DNA of 64,000 nucleotides. Source: Kudoa neothunni (lineage: Eukaryota; Animalia; Cnidaria). This document shows, piece by piece, positions 14,087 through 27,639 of the stretch; position 1 is the stretch's first letter; every line of letters starts with the position of its first letter. Made by a program: the position numbers and the translations under genes. The stretch is taken from contig OZ199838.1 in assembly GCA_964304625.1 (NCBI GenBank), forward strand, positions 1,715,927-1,779,926, in the 5' to 3' direction. Below the pieces are notes generated by a model, which was given only the letters and a program-made list of their open reading frames with translations, was not told where the DNA came from and ran no database searches.

Positions 14087-15461
14087 CCCTCGCTGTACTG
14101 CGCGGAAAAAGAACGATCAGGCGTGTTCCGAGGGAGCCCCAAAAAATTATTTTAATGACCTTTAATTTCTTTGTGCCATGCTTTAAACATTTTTTCAACT
14201 ATTTATAAAATGTTTTGAGTAGGCAATTAAATTAATTATTAAGCGTTAGTGGGCTACAAAACAGGGCCCCATAATGTGCCAATATCGGCTAGTCAAAATT
14301 AAGGAAGAATTTAATGGTACAAAAATTTAAAATGAATATATTTCATCTTAAAATAAAGTAGTTTGGAAAATGAAAACCATTTTAAAAGAGGAAATCGCAG
14401 GGTAAAATTGATCCAATCCGATAGTAACAGCAACAGTAGCAACAGCAGCAACAGCAGCAACAGTAGCAACAGCAGCAACAGTAGCAACAGTAGCAACAGC
14501 AGCAACAGTAGCAACAGCAGCAACAGCAGCAACAGCAGCAACAGTAGCAACAGTAGCAACAGCAGCAACAGTAGCAACAGCAGCAACAGTAGCAACAGCA
14601 GCAACAGTAGCAACAGCAGCAACAGTAGCAACAGCAGCAACAGTAGCAACAGCAGCAACAGCAGCAACAGTAGCAACAGTAGCAACAGTAGCAACAGCAG
14701 CAACAGCAGCAACAGCAGCAACAGTAGCAACAGTAGCAACAGTAGCAACAGCAGCAACAGCAGCAACAGTAGCAACAGTAGCAACAGCAGCAACAGCAGC
14801 AACAGCAGCAACAGCAGCGTTACCGTATAAAATTGGAAACAACAATTTAACAATGAAAGGATTAAATTGAATAAAGGTGTCTGGACTTAATGAGTACTTT
14901 AACGTAATTTTTCAAGTATATATAAAAGGTAACGTTCAAATTAACTCTGGACATTTGATTTATACATTCTTTTTTGTCAGACAAGTTGATATTTGAAAAC
15001 ACTAGATATGTCGCCTTATTTCTGTGATGAAATCTTTAATTTTCTCTATTTTAAAATATTTTATTTCGTAAATTTAATAATATCAGAAGTAGGTTTTCAT
15101 AGTTATAAAGTTAAGTGAAACGACCGAAAATCCACGATTTTTAAATTACATTATTGATTCTCTTTAAAAATCATTGAAATTAAATGTTTTACAGAGGAAC
15201 TACTGACATCCTTCTAGTGGCTAGCTTGTAATAACGAATAGTAAATCCGAAAATAAGAGAAATATATTTTCTCAATATATATGTTTAATATAAAATCGAA
15301 ACATACTTTTGTCTGTACAAGTACAAAAATCATTAATATTAGTCGATATTAAATTTTTAAATATAATATTTTTATATCGATCCAAATGCTTTAAATTTTT
15401 AGAGGAACTCCAAAATTTGTGGACGCTTTGAGTTTGCCTGTCCAAATCCGGACAGGGAGGG
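14087..15461. mobile_element. piggyBac-type TTAA MITE carrying the 9-mer array
   Basis: TTAA|ccctcgctgtactg ... ccggacagggaggg|TTAA (11/14 inverted match). Confidence 0.65.
14429..14815 (+). repeat. Tandem array of 43 x 9-bp AGCAACAG(C/T)
   Basis: Read directly; only the ninth base of the unit varies. Confidence 0.97.
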
Positions 15462-16090
15462 TTAATTATCTCGATAGAAATAAATTAGAATTTAAAATTC
15501 AGGCTAGATTAGCTTTTAAATTTCTATTTTCTCCAACAAATAAATAATTGCTTTCAGAGGTACATAATGAACATTAACATGATCATATTCATGAATTAAC
15601 AAATCAGATGAGCTAATTTGCAGATATTATATGCAAGAGGTTGATAGTAATAAAATTAGAGATTTCAAATGAAAACCCGAACAAATTTAAGAAGATTTGT
15701 ATAGATTTAAATTAATGGTTTCTGTTGGATCTCTCGCAAACTTTAATGGATACAGAAAATGAGAGAAGAGAGTTAAATCAAACTTAGTTAGGAAATTCAA
15801 TTCTTAATTAAGTTTCCAATAATTTAATATCTAATCTAAACAACTTCCAGTAAAGAACGTGCTAATTCTAATTATAACTAATAGAACCCTCTGTAGCCAA
15901 CTATTGAAGGTCATTCGACACTACCTTTATAGGCCATAAATAATAACTACTATTCAAACTATTTCTATTTTAATGGGATATAATTGATTTAAAGATGTGA
16001 GATGCTAAATATGAAGACAAAAAAAATATGTTGTTTTAAGAAAATCCAAAAGTATGTATATAAACACAGACAACATTCTATCGGATATGA

Positions 16091-17889
16091 TTATGATGAA
16101 GAAGAAGAGGACGAAGATTCCTACATAGTTAACAGAATGCTACAACTCAATTACAAATTTAGTGAAAAACCTCAGAGTCATTATCGTTTTCCTCGACCAT
16201 TTTCCTCTACAAAAACACTAATTTAATAATGTAACGTGTCGTTCTGTACTTTTCTACTATCCATAGTTGATGATTCAACTACCGAAGTTTGATTGTTATT
16301 CACCACTACATTGGCTGAGCTGCTATAAGCACGATCAAAGTAAACACACATTAATACGACAAAATTACTCAGCGGCTGACACATGAATTTTGGACCAATC
16401 GGAGGGTGTTTTTTCGTTCGGATGTCCATGCTTTGAGAGCTCTCCCGCAATAATCATTTGTTTCTTTCTCAACGCCACCGGGCCTAATCCCCATTTTCGG
16501 GGGTACAAATCTCTGTCCATTATAACTCGCTTTATACTGGCTACAACACCATGATCACATGTTGCTATCGTAGCGGTCGACATGAGAGCAATCCCTTTAA
16601 GCATTGAGTTATAGATCTCAATCTCAACAACGGTATACCTAGAGCTATTGCTTCCCCTTTAGTGGTTACCATAACAATTTCGTCGTTGATTTCAATGCCA
16701 TTTTCATAACGAAGTATACCGGGTATCAACAATTTGGCACCATAACATATGGCGTTCACCTTTAACAAAATATTCGGTTCATCTCAAACTCATAAATATT
16801 TACCGAACTGTCCTTGATAATAACACGTTTGTGGCTGGTGAGAAGTGATTCCAATGGAAGTACCACACGTCTTAAATAGGATTCTACAACGTTTAGCAAA
16901 AATTAAGCCATTTTTGGGATGGTGACCATACCATCTTTCATATTATCATACAACCACATAGCATCCATAATATCATGCATAGTGACTAGGTTATTGTTTT
17001 CACTTGTATTTCCAGATTTTACACGTCTAAGCTCTTGCATGTGCGCTCCTGTTCCGAGTAGAAGTCCCAAATGAACACACAGAGTACGTACATAGGTTCC
17101 CGCTTCACACCTCAGCCAAAATACACCTATTCTCATTTCAGTGAGTGTAATGGTTGTTAATCAATCTACACACCCAAGTTGTGACTGTGATCGTATTCGA
17201 GTAGTTTTGCCTCGTAGATAGTACGCACACGAAGTTGACGTTTGACAGCAGCTATGAGTGGCGGTCTTTGAAAACACGGTCCAGTCAAACTTTCCAACGC
17301 CTACCGTAATCATAGTACAATAACAATCTGTGAAACCAGACCAATATCTATTCAAATATAATAATACCTGGGCTAGCTGTTTCTCAGAATCAATCGGTCC
17401 ATGCAACCGAACTACACACACATATTCTTTACCGGCACCTTGTTGTGACTTTACCAGGCGAGTGGCATTTTCACAACAAACAATTAGACAGCCTGTCACC
17501 TTCGGATCAAGAGTTCCACTGTGGCCGGTCTTTTTGACGCGTAATATTTTTTTGATCCATGACACCACTTCATGTGAGGATGGATTGGCTGGTTTATCCA
17601 AATAAACAACGCCATATCTAAACAACCACTTATTAGAAGGATACGCGAGTTGCTAATGTACTTTAGAAGATCGTGGATTTTTCGTTTGTGTGGTGCTGAT
17701 CCTGTTTCGAGAGGTGTGAAATGTGAAGTCAACACATTCAATTGATCGTAGTTCTACACGTTAAATTAGAATCTAAACACGCTACGAAAAACCTACTTTA
17801 AGCAAATAGGGCCAGTTAGAGGTGTCAATCCTAGACTTTTCGTTCGAAGGTTCCAAAGAATATTTTGTAGCTGATTTAGAGGTACCCAT
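16091..17889 (-). CDS. DKC1: Dyskerin / Cbf5, H/ACA snoRNP pseudouridine synthase; 10 introns
   Basis: ATG 17889. Motifs [39 protein letters not shown] (catalytic Asp), [18 protein letters not shown] domain VNAICYGAK..., [13 protein letters not shown]. Stop at 16091 after ESSSSSSSS. Confidence 0.97.
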
Positions 17890-18117
17890 GACGAACCTAG
17901 TTTCTATCGTTTTAGCGCACGTGCCTATGCGTCTACAACGTCTGTGGGTCGCATTATTTTTGTAATTGTTGGATAAAATTTATTGAAAAAAATAAAATCA
18001 ATATATTTTTATAACAAGATAATTTATAAATCACTATAACAAGAATATTATTGACTATCTTTTAAATATATGAAGTTGCCGATATAACGCGATTTTAGCC
18101 GTTAAAGTAGTCGAAGT
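17890..18117. promoter_or_regulatory. 228-bp bidirectional promoter region between DKC1 and RSL24D1, with an E-box CACGTG at 17918-17923
   Basis: Divergent ATGs at 17889 and 18118; the sequence gcgCACGTGcc lies ~30 nt upstream of the DKC1 ATG. Confidence 0.7.
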
Positions 18118-18853
18118 ATGCGGATACGTAAATGTTACTTTTGCTCAGCCAATGTCTATCCTGGACATGGGATAACGTTCGTGAGAAATGATTGCAAGGT
18201 ATAGCGTGTAATCGATTGTTTTATTTTATTGTAATTGCAGGAATTCAACTTTTGCCGATCGAAATGTCACAAGGCCTTTAAGAAGAGAAGAAATCCAAGA
18301 TTTGTGCGTTGGACCAAAGCCTTTAGAAAATCTCATGGAAAAGAGATGGCAGTGGTAATTTAGATTGTCTTTAGGGGTAGGTGGTGTTTTGATTTTTTCC
18401 ATATTTAGGACCCAGTTTATTCGTTTGAATGCGTCAAAAATGAAGCAATCAAATACGATCCCAAACTATGGAATGAAACAAGTGAAGAATACGTTCGTGC
18501 TACTGTTGGTTTGAGTATTTATTTTGTAGTTAATGCTATCAAAGTTGTGGATGCTGTGAAACAACGAAGAGAGAAACAATTTATTCATCAAAGGTTTTAT
18601 AGCTGGATTGTGCGAATTGTTAATAATCTATTTTTTACCAAATAGATTTGTTAACTTGAAAGAGAAACAAATGAAAGCTATTTCTAGTGACGTGGCTGCT
18701 AACAAACATATTCTCGATATCAAAGCTAGTAAAATGTCCGGCAAATCCCTTAAACAGAAACTCCTCGAACGTATTAGTAAGAAAAAACAAGCAATCAAAA
18801 GGGTTGGAAAGGCTGCAAAGATCAAATCTGAAAATTTGGTCGAAATGCAATAA
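18118..18853 (+). CDS. RSL24D1: Ribosome biogenesis protein RLP24; 4 introns
   Basis: [27 protein letters not shown]|[38 protein letters not shown]|DPVYSFE... has the L24e zinc-finger cysteines typical of RLP24. Confidence 0.96.
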
Positions 18854-19032
18854 ATTTCTTATTACGTAGTAGTGTGTAAATTAGGAATGTCAATATTTTG
18901 GATATTATTATCTATAGTTGAGCGTGTGCTTTTTGTTATATTAATATATTTTTCTCTAATTCAGTATTTATTTTTACTTTCGTTTTGCAATAGTTAGGAA
19001 GATGTAAATATGAATTTTAAATAAGTTGAGAA

Positions 19033-20555
19033 CCCTCTAACGATCCCAAAAACGGTACCCTTGTAACACTTTTGCTTTTGAGGTAAAAATTACCCCACTT
19101 TTTTATACTTTTTTATTTCGCGGATGTGTGTAAATAAATAATTAATTGAGGAATACAAAGTATTATTAAATTTAAACGAATAGAATCATTGTAATATTGT
19201 ATTAATTACGCCGAATAATCTCAAACTATTCTCGATTATGACATAATCGGCTAATAACAAACTCATTATAAAATAAAAAATAGCAAAAATAAGCATAACA
19301 ACTAATTTTGGCATTTTAACAGAAATTAGAAGCATGACTGGAGACAAAACTTGCAGCAATTTGACACCTTTTAGAGTTTTTCCCATCATTTATCCTTCAG
19401 AATAATCTTAGCGTGATGAGTTTTTATTTAAACCTGGTTCTTTATTCGAATGTTAGATTTATTTGAATTTCTTTTAGTAACTTTTCTGGAGATTCTATTA
19501 CAGTTAATTGTGAAATTCTTCAGAAGTTTCTCCTTCATTTTTTCTCTAAATTAAATATGTCATTGAATAATTCAAACGCATTAATCAACGAGATATCAAT
19601 CCTGTGAAAAGACGGTAATTGAACATCTTTTAAACTGCTGGGTAGAAATTAATGCCAATATTCTATCTACATTATCAACCCCATCCTCGGTTGCATTGTA
19701 ATGCATTATCATATGAGGTTTAAAATTTCTAGACACATCGATAACAGTATTACCAGTGGTAATTGTCTATCCTTATGAATAGCTATTAGTATTACAAGGC
19801 CTACATTCTCTTTAAATTCAATTTTATAGGTATCATGTCACCCATCAATGAAGTAATGATTTCCAAGCATATTTTTTGCATACCTTATGATAATACTACC
19901 GAATTCGGAGGTAATATTTAACAAAAAACAATCAATGAATGATTTTATTTTTGATACAACATATGAAGTGGCATTAAAGATAGAATTCATTATGTTTTCG
20001 GCGCAGTTTTTTCTCGTAGGTGACTTTGGTAAACTACAAATAATTCCATTTTTACTTTTTAAATTATTATCATTAATATCTATGGAATCTATTTCTTCGT
20101 CCTATATATCACTTTTATCAACAGCTTGATCGTCAAATTCGCTTCCAGATGAAATATATTCGTCAATGAAATCACTCGCGTCACTCATTTAGAATTATTT
20201 AGAATTATGCATTAGATGCACATGCGCATTGACCCAACTAGGCATTTTGTTAGTTGTTTTCTTCAAATCTACTCGTTTAATTTAACTAATAATTTGTTAT
20301 TTGATTATTTACAAGATACTCATTACATTAAACTAATAAAAAAGTGAGATAAATTTTACCCCAAAAAACGTTCGAGGATAATATTTAAATAAAATTTTTT
20401 CTTTTCAACAGTTTTTACCAATTTGTTTGATAAAAGTAAATCACTATAAGTTTCAGGAGTGCTGAAAATTTGGCGAGATTTAAAGAATGAAATCAAAATA
20501 TATGTTCAATACAAAATCGCTTTGGGGTAATATTTCCACCAAAATCGTTAGAGGA
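19033..20555 (-). mobile_element. Internally deleted piggyBac element
   Basis: TIRs ccctctaacgat / atcgttagagga|TTAA. Minus-strand remnants include an acidic N-terminus MSDASDFIDEYISSGSEFDD and YNATEDGVDNVD (cf. piggyBac YN..KGGVD..D). Confidence 0.75.
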
Positions 20556-20679
20556 TTAAACATTCAATATTGTTGAGGTTGGAAAATAGTTTGTCGAGTT
20601 CCAAATACTCTATTACATACTGAACAGACATTTATGATTATTCGGAGGTATTTGTACCTCTAAAAACTTCACTTTATAA

Positions 20680-21960
20680 CAAGGGATCTCAACCGAGGGT
20701 GAATTTACCCTTTTGGGTAAATTTTAAACGACAAGGGGTCGATTAAGCGACATCAAAATTGGATAGGGCAATTTCTGCATAATATGGTTTATGGCGTACT
20801 TAAAGATTTCTAAGGAATTATATTATTTCGGGCTATTAAACTCTTTAAGAAGTTGTCCAAAATGCTTAGAATGTTTTCAGGAATAAGTATTTAACGGCAA
20901 GGAGAAACCTCAGCGGCGTTAACGATTTTATTTTCAAATTATTTTTACATCAACAAAATCAATAAGCGATTTTTATAAAAACTATTTCTACCCAAAAATC
21001 ACTATACTATATGAAACAATACAAATCTTGTAGATGCCAAAATAAGTCTTGGTCGGTTAAGCTGAAAACCATTATGAATAAAATTGAAAATAATTTGTCA
21101 ATAGGTAATTATAACCATGTTATGAATTAAAATGAAATATTAAAAATATTCGAAATATAAGTAAATTGATTATAATTGACAGTACGAGACATTTTACAAT
21201 CATGTACAATTCATGGGAGAATGCCATCCAAAGATTTTCTTATCGTTTGTATACTTTTCGAAACAAATAAAAGGTACGTCATTTTCAATGCTTTTATTAT
21301 GATTTTTCAAAATGTGAGATGAGTTTTCTTACGTGTATTATTGTAGATTTTTAATTATCAGCTTTTATTGCGTATATGAAGGCATCAAAAGTCAAATCTA
21401 TTTTTTTTCTTTCATATTTTGGCCAGTGCATGTAAACAAAATTACAAGAGACTGAATTAAAAACTGAATATTTTAAAGGTATCGGATACCGCCATTTTAT
21501 AAATAAATAAATAAATTAACAGCTCCATTCATGCGCGGTCGAGTTTTCCCTTTGCGTAACAACTATTTATAAAGTTACTATCAAACTCTTTATTTTATAT
21601 CTCGTTTATCTTTTAGTGATGTAGGCTAATAATAATAATAATACCTAAAATGGCCATTTGTAAAGTAACTAATATTTAGGTGTCATTAATTCTGACTAGT
21701 TTTAATTATTTCTGGCCCTAAGAGAAAAGAAATGGGCCGAAAATTATTAAATTTAACGGGATGTACAAAATTAAATCCTCAGACAGCTTGTGAGTGAGTA
21801 CAAGTTGCTTGGATTAAAAATCGTTATTACACAGGTATACATATCTGCTAGGATTAGAATATATCGTGAAAATACCCTCTACCGTAGCTAAACCAGTATA
21901 AAACCTTAACGTAGATATGAATTTGACTTCCAATTTGGGAGAGTACATTTGAAAAAACCT
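20680..21960. mobile_element. Second copy of the hAT element (3'-truncated, no Helitron insert)
   Basis: Left TIR caagggatctcaacc; colinear homology with 11406-11683 and 12685-13020. Confidence 0.75.
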
Positions 21961-24043
21961 TTTTATATAAATTAGTTTGATATATAAGAACGAGCAAGTA
22001 AACCTTGTTGGTGTTGTTGTCATATTTTTAACAATGGTTTTTATTTTAAGAAAATTTGTTGGGAATTATTTCCTAAAGCAACTTTTATTCGTCTAATGAG
22101 CTTTTTCAAGTTTGAACGTAATTTGAGCTATATGTGAATTTCATTATTTTAACATTTAATTTTAAAGGCAGGACAAACTTAATTATGAAAATGTAAAAAA
22201 AATTAAAAAATATTTTTTTTTGTTGGAAACCCTTATTGCAGCACTGACCGATTCGTTTTAGTTTCCGGATCCCCTACCACTTACGAGGACAATTCCGCAT
22301 CCCTTCTGAAAAAAGAGATTTAAAATTGATTGATTTTTAGGTAGAGAAAATATTTTTATTCAAATAACTTTAAAAAGAAAAATCGTCTATTTTAATAGGA
22401 AAACGGATGCGAATAAAATAAATGAAACCGATAATAAATTAAATGTTTTGAATTTTTTTCTTGGCTTTTTTGGACAATAAGTGGATTAAAATAGGACTCT
22501 TTATCAGGTAAAGTTATGACTAAATCATAATTTGTAAAGGTACAAGATATGTTAATGTTTTGGTGCAAAATAACAGAGGTGAATAGTTGAGCTTAAGCGA
22601 AAATTTGGATTTTGGAGTTTTGCTGTTTAATTATTAATTTAATATTATAATGTTTCGGACATGCCAAAACTTAAAACTCTAAACAAAAAATTAAATCAAA
22701 CCAGGAAATTTGAAAGGTTATTTTGTTATAACTAAAAAAATTATGACAATACAAATTAAATACCTGCTGCCGTAAAATGAAGAAGTATTCTTAATTATAA
22801 AGTTTAAGTAAAGGTACGGGGTGACTTTTAAACTCGAATCTCTTTCAAAATATCACTAGAGATGATTTATTGATTAATTTTACAAGATATAGAAAAGTAA
22901 CAATTTTAAGAATTTGTTTGAAAATACTAATTTTAATGATTATTTTAGAAATTATACTAACTATTAGTTTTGATATTTGAAATAAGACGAATGACATCAG
23001 GGAAGTTGTTCATATACTTGATAGATCTATATTGATCGATACTAATAACCACAACAAAATATCCAACGGGTAACTGTATGATACTATATCATTAGAATTT
23101 CTTGATCAAATGATCGTACTTCACTACCAACCAATGCTTGAAGGGTTACAGAACGAAGCCGCATGACATAGGTTGTATGCTTCAATGAAACAAGTGTGAT
23201 TTGGCTTTGTAACAGAGTAATTTGATAAATGAATAATTTATAAGCAATAATATAACTAACTTTAACACCTATTAATTTTGGAGTTGCATTCAGGGAGATG
23301 TTTTGCCTCTCTTGGTTAACGCAATACAAATATAAAGTATTCTATGGTTTGATAATGAACTGTTTCAAAAGAATACCATTTAATTACGATACAAGGCATA
23401 CACCTTAGAGGTCTCCAGATGAATAGAACTAAACAATGTAATTGGAATTTAACTATGTGACGAATAAGCTTAAATGATTTACCAAGGTTACCAGTGCAAA
23501 ATGTGTATATTGCACAAACATGGTTAGGATACGGATATTTATTAATAAATTTATTCAAATCACTCAGTGCATTATTTATTATTTCCCTCTAAATGAGATT
23601 TCATGGACAATAAAAAATTTCTTTACTTTTAAAGGATCGTGAAATAACTCTTTGTGATATAAATAAATAAGAGTAAAATATAGCTCAATTTTTGGGAACA
23701 GAGTCAACTCCAACTAAAATGATTTCGTTAATTGTTTGTCTAATCAAAAAAACTTCATAGTTTGGAGAAGTTATTATCACATTGCATAATTCTAAAAAAT
23801 ATTAAAAATTAGTATTGAATTACATTATACGAAGAAAAATCCAAACGCAGCAACACCATAAACTCATTTTATCTAATCGCTATTGCTATCGACAACTCTT
23901 GTTAAAAACAAGATTATATGATAACAATAATTGAAATAATGATAATTTTAAACGGATCTTTGATATTAAATGATGCATTTAATAGCGTATAAAACAAATA
24001 TATTGGGGGATCGCTAAAAGAGAAATGTTCATTTATTAGATAA

Positions 24044-24679
24044 TCCTTCTATATATATAAAGTAATAGTGTCCGTGTGTGTACGCACAAATCATCTCCTT
24101 ATACAGAGACTTTTTGAACTATTTGAGTTACTTATTATACTTTGAAAAATTCAAAACTAACTACAAAAATACAACGGTGTTGTCTGCTTACTTATAAAGT
24201 GGTGAATTTGTAGTTTTAACTTTTTGTAAACAGATTAGCGCCAATGATAATGAGATTACTTGATCATGTGCTTCGCGATAGTGTCCAATAATATGCGTAT
24301 ATAACTTTAATTGATATTATTTGAATACAATTGTAACTGTAACTTTACTCTTTTTACATTTAAAACTAAGTTAACAAGTTCTACAACATTCGTTGATGCG
24401 TAGACGGGATTCGGTGTAAACGGAATATTTGTTGTTTAAATAGGAGATTAATAAGCAACACGAGTTGTAAGAACCTATGATTCCTAAATGAAAATAGTCT
24501 AATAAAGAAGAAAATGACAATGATCGGGTCATTGCTGTTTATTTAAATCAAGAATGTTATAGAAAGGACGATAAAATAATTAAAATTGACTATTAACATA
24601 AAATGACCTTGGCCTATTCCAGGCCAAAGCCAGCGTGATCGAGCAAGAAAACCTAAGCGAATCGGGGTTTTTGCGCTAG
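24044..24679 (+). mobile_element. Non-autonomous Helitron (family A)
   Basis: A|TC start, a gtgtccgtgtgtg tract, subterminal hairpin aaaacc...ggtttt, and a CTAG|T end. Confidence 0.7.
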
Positions 24680-25780
24680 TTGTATATATAAAAGAGGATT
24701 GTCGGTATGTTTGTGAGTGTGTGTGTGCCCCTAAGTACGCACGTGCGGATAATTTTTTCCTTATAGAGAGCCATATATAAAATTTTTATGAATTTTTGAT
24801 ATTTAAAAAAATCGTTTAATTGTTTTCGAACTACTAAAGTTTCCAAAAGTTATTTATGAAATAGTGATTTTGTCGATGCAAAGTTCGTTTATCATACTAC
24901 GCGAGTTCAACTATAAGATTAGCGCTTGCTTACGTCATGGTGATGGTCGGTTGAAGTTAACTATCTCCCTTATATGCTCTATCATATGTTAATTGAACGA
25001 TGCCATCTGTCTTTACGTATAAGATTTATGCGTTTATTTTATTGTCTGCTCAAATAAATTCCTTATATCGGGAGTTTTAATGTAATTGACTTGATAAACA
25101 CTTTGAAGGCTCTATTAATGGATTTAGATACGAAAAAATGTCAATATTTGCATTATTATTTAGTTGGTTATGCGTATTATAATCAGATAGATTGAAGCAC
25201 TATAACGCAAGTACCATGTCCGTAGATTTCATTGAAATCGTCCGTTATGTTGAACCCTCAGTGATTCAATTCATTGCAGATGGTTACTTCATCATCCGAT
25301 TATTTAAATTATTTGTTAGAAAAAGCGCATTAAAGTTTTTGCGGACTAAAGGATATTAATTTTAGCAATATCAATTAATTTTCATACGTTCTCTTCTATC
25401 TCTATTATTTTCTCCATTTTTTTATCTCTTAAAAAGTTAGTAGTGCTCACATTTTCAAAGCTGAGCCAGAATTCGACTTTAAAAATTCTCGGGCCAAAAA
25501 ATAACGTATTAGATTGCACTTTAAGAGAATTTAAATATTTAGGGAATGGAAATAAATGTGTTACTGACCTTAAGTTATTTAGCGTTGGTGTCGACCCATG
25601 AACTTTTAAATGAACGTAATTTAAATTTCATAATCCAAATCGTTGAAGTATGTTGCTCAAAAATTTTTAGTTATTTTGCATCTATGGATTAATTTTAGGC
25701 TTTAATACATTTTTCGAATATTGTTAAGAAACGTATCTATGCGAAATCGTCCCCAAGCAACGCTGGGCAGTTCCTGCTAG
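24680..25780 (+). mobile_element. Non-autonomous Helitron (family B, copy 2), head-to-tail with family A
   Basis: Homologous to 11684-12684; hairpin cccaagc-aac-gctggg followed by CTAG|T at 25777-25780. Confidence 0.75.
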
Positions 25781-25815
25781 TGTATTATGAAAATACTGGT
25801 TATAATTAATTTTAA

Positions 25816-26950
25816 AGGATTATATACGTTAATAACAACTTATAATTTGTTATTTTAAAAATTCTATTCTATTTAATGGGGTTATCATGATGATAAACAT
25901 ATGTTTTACTTTTTTACAGAAAATTTTGTAGGAAAAAAATCAATAAATAAGTTTGCGAAGTTTAGTTATAAACTGAGAAGCGGTTATAGAGATATCGATT
26001 ACCGTGCCAATAGCCACTGCCTAAAATGAATGATGATTGTGGAAAACTTAATTTGAGACATTTTCTTAGCCTTTTATCCTTATCTGTAACAATGGTATGT
26101 ACATTTTTTGATAAGTTTGGTGTCAATTCTGCCAAAGTATTACAAAACCATTGGATGGGATCTTCCGTCTCTTCGTAGAGAATGCAGGCACTCGAAATAT
26201 GGGTCAAACCAAATGAATCCTCACCAGCAGATATGTATAACGGGGCTCTAAAATTATAAAATTATTCATCCATTTTCAAAAGTTACCTTGAATTAAGGAG
26301 TTTATAAGTTGCATCAATGAACATAACCTCAGGATAAAATTCCATTAACGACTTTATGTTTACCATATAAAATCTTAACGTAACATTTGAAATCTTCTTT
26401 CAACATTTTCTCTACTACACATAGGTTATCGCAAGATGAGTTTTTGTTTGCTCTAATATTGTGGATGGATTTCAAACGGATGTTTTTACCCGTTTCGTTG
26501 TAAATTTTATTTTGAATTAATTTTTTATTGACCCTCAGGTGAATTAATTCCATGAGATTTGGGCCATTTAGGTCAATTTTTCGTTATTTTGGGGAGATTT
26601 CGTCATAGCACTGCACTTAAATCATGATTATGCTCTAATATACTAGAACGTACTTCAAATGCTACACCATCAACAGAGGTCCTAAGAAATAAAACTACGG
26701 GGCAGTTTCCCTTTAATGCCGGTTTGTTTCTAATTCCATCGGATTTTGTTTTATTCTTGCCACTGAAAATACAACGATATGTAATTTCATAATACCGCAG
26801 AGATTGGTTAATTGATTTTGTAATTCTATTCCGAATATTCGAAATAGTCCTCGCTTGATATTTAGAAAGATTGCAAAAGTTGGACTCTTCGTAATTTTTA
26901 TAGCATTATCGAGTTCCTCGAAGGAATGAAATCGTTTTCCAATTGCAAAC
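25816..26950 (-). mobile_element. Decayed Mutator/MULE transposase
   Basis: Fragments GKRFHSFEELDNAIK, CPVVLFLR...EHNHDL, FIDATYKL and TIVTDKDKRLRKCLKLSFPQS, broken by stops and frameshifts. Terminus TTAA|aggattat at 25812-25823. Confidence 0.8.
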
Positions 26951-27639
26951 ATATTTGAACTCATCCAGTGCCACACTAATTAGAACGAGAAATTGCGCGC
27001 TCAAGTTATAGATAACTCAGAAATTTATTATTATTTATATATTTTGTGTATAATGATGTTAATTGATGAAATTATATTAAAAAAAATAAAAAATCGTACC
27101 CAGCTGCCGTTGGACTTGTGTATGGTCACACAAAGAAAAAATAATTTTTTTTTAATTTTTCAAAAATCTACAAAAACTTAAGTTAGATAAACACTAGATG
27201 ATATGTGGAATATGGGCAAACAATACTGAGGAGTTTTAGAGATATTGATTACCTGAGATATAGCCATTTCCTAAATTCAAAGTCAATTATATTTATTTAA
27301 TCGTTCTTTTGACGACAGTGTTATTCGAGATAAACAATATTAATCTGATCACCTTCATTTTCTTCTTTATTAGATTTTATTTTCATTTAGAGATCGTAAG
27401 TTCTTACAACTCATATGGCGTATTAATCACTTTAACTAACCCGTCGATGAATTAACTAATCTAAAAGTTTGTTGGCAATATTGCATTTAATTATAACGTG
27501 CTAACATCATTTCATGCTTATTTAAAAAATATTTTAACTTTTTTATCTTTAATTAAACGTGAAAAGTAAATAATTTATTCGCGCGTACTAAGCTCCCCTT
27601 TAAACAACAAAACTTTGTTTACCCTGGTCCTTGCCTAAG

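Noticed and set aside
14429-14815. CRISPR-like array
   Set aside because: No unique spacers, eukaryotic context, and no cas genes.
14311-14853. Poly-Leu, Ala/Thr/Val and Ser/Asn ORFs across the 9-mer array
   Set aside because: By-products of a stop-free repeat. All use non-ATG starts and lie inside a MITE, with no gene context.
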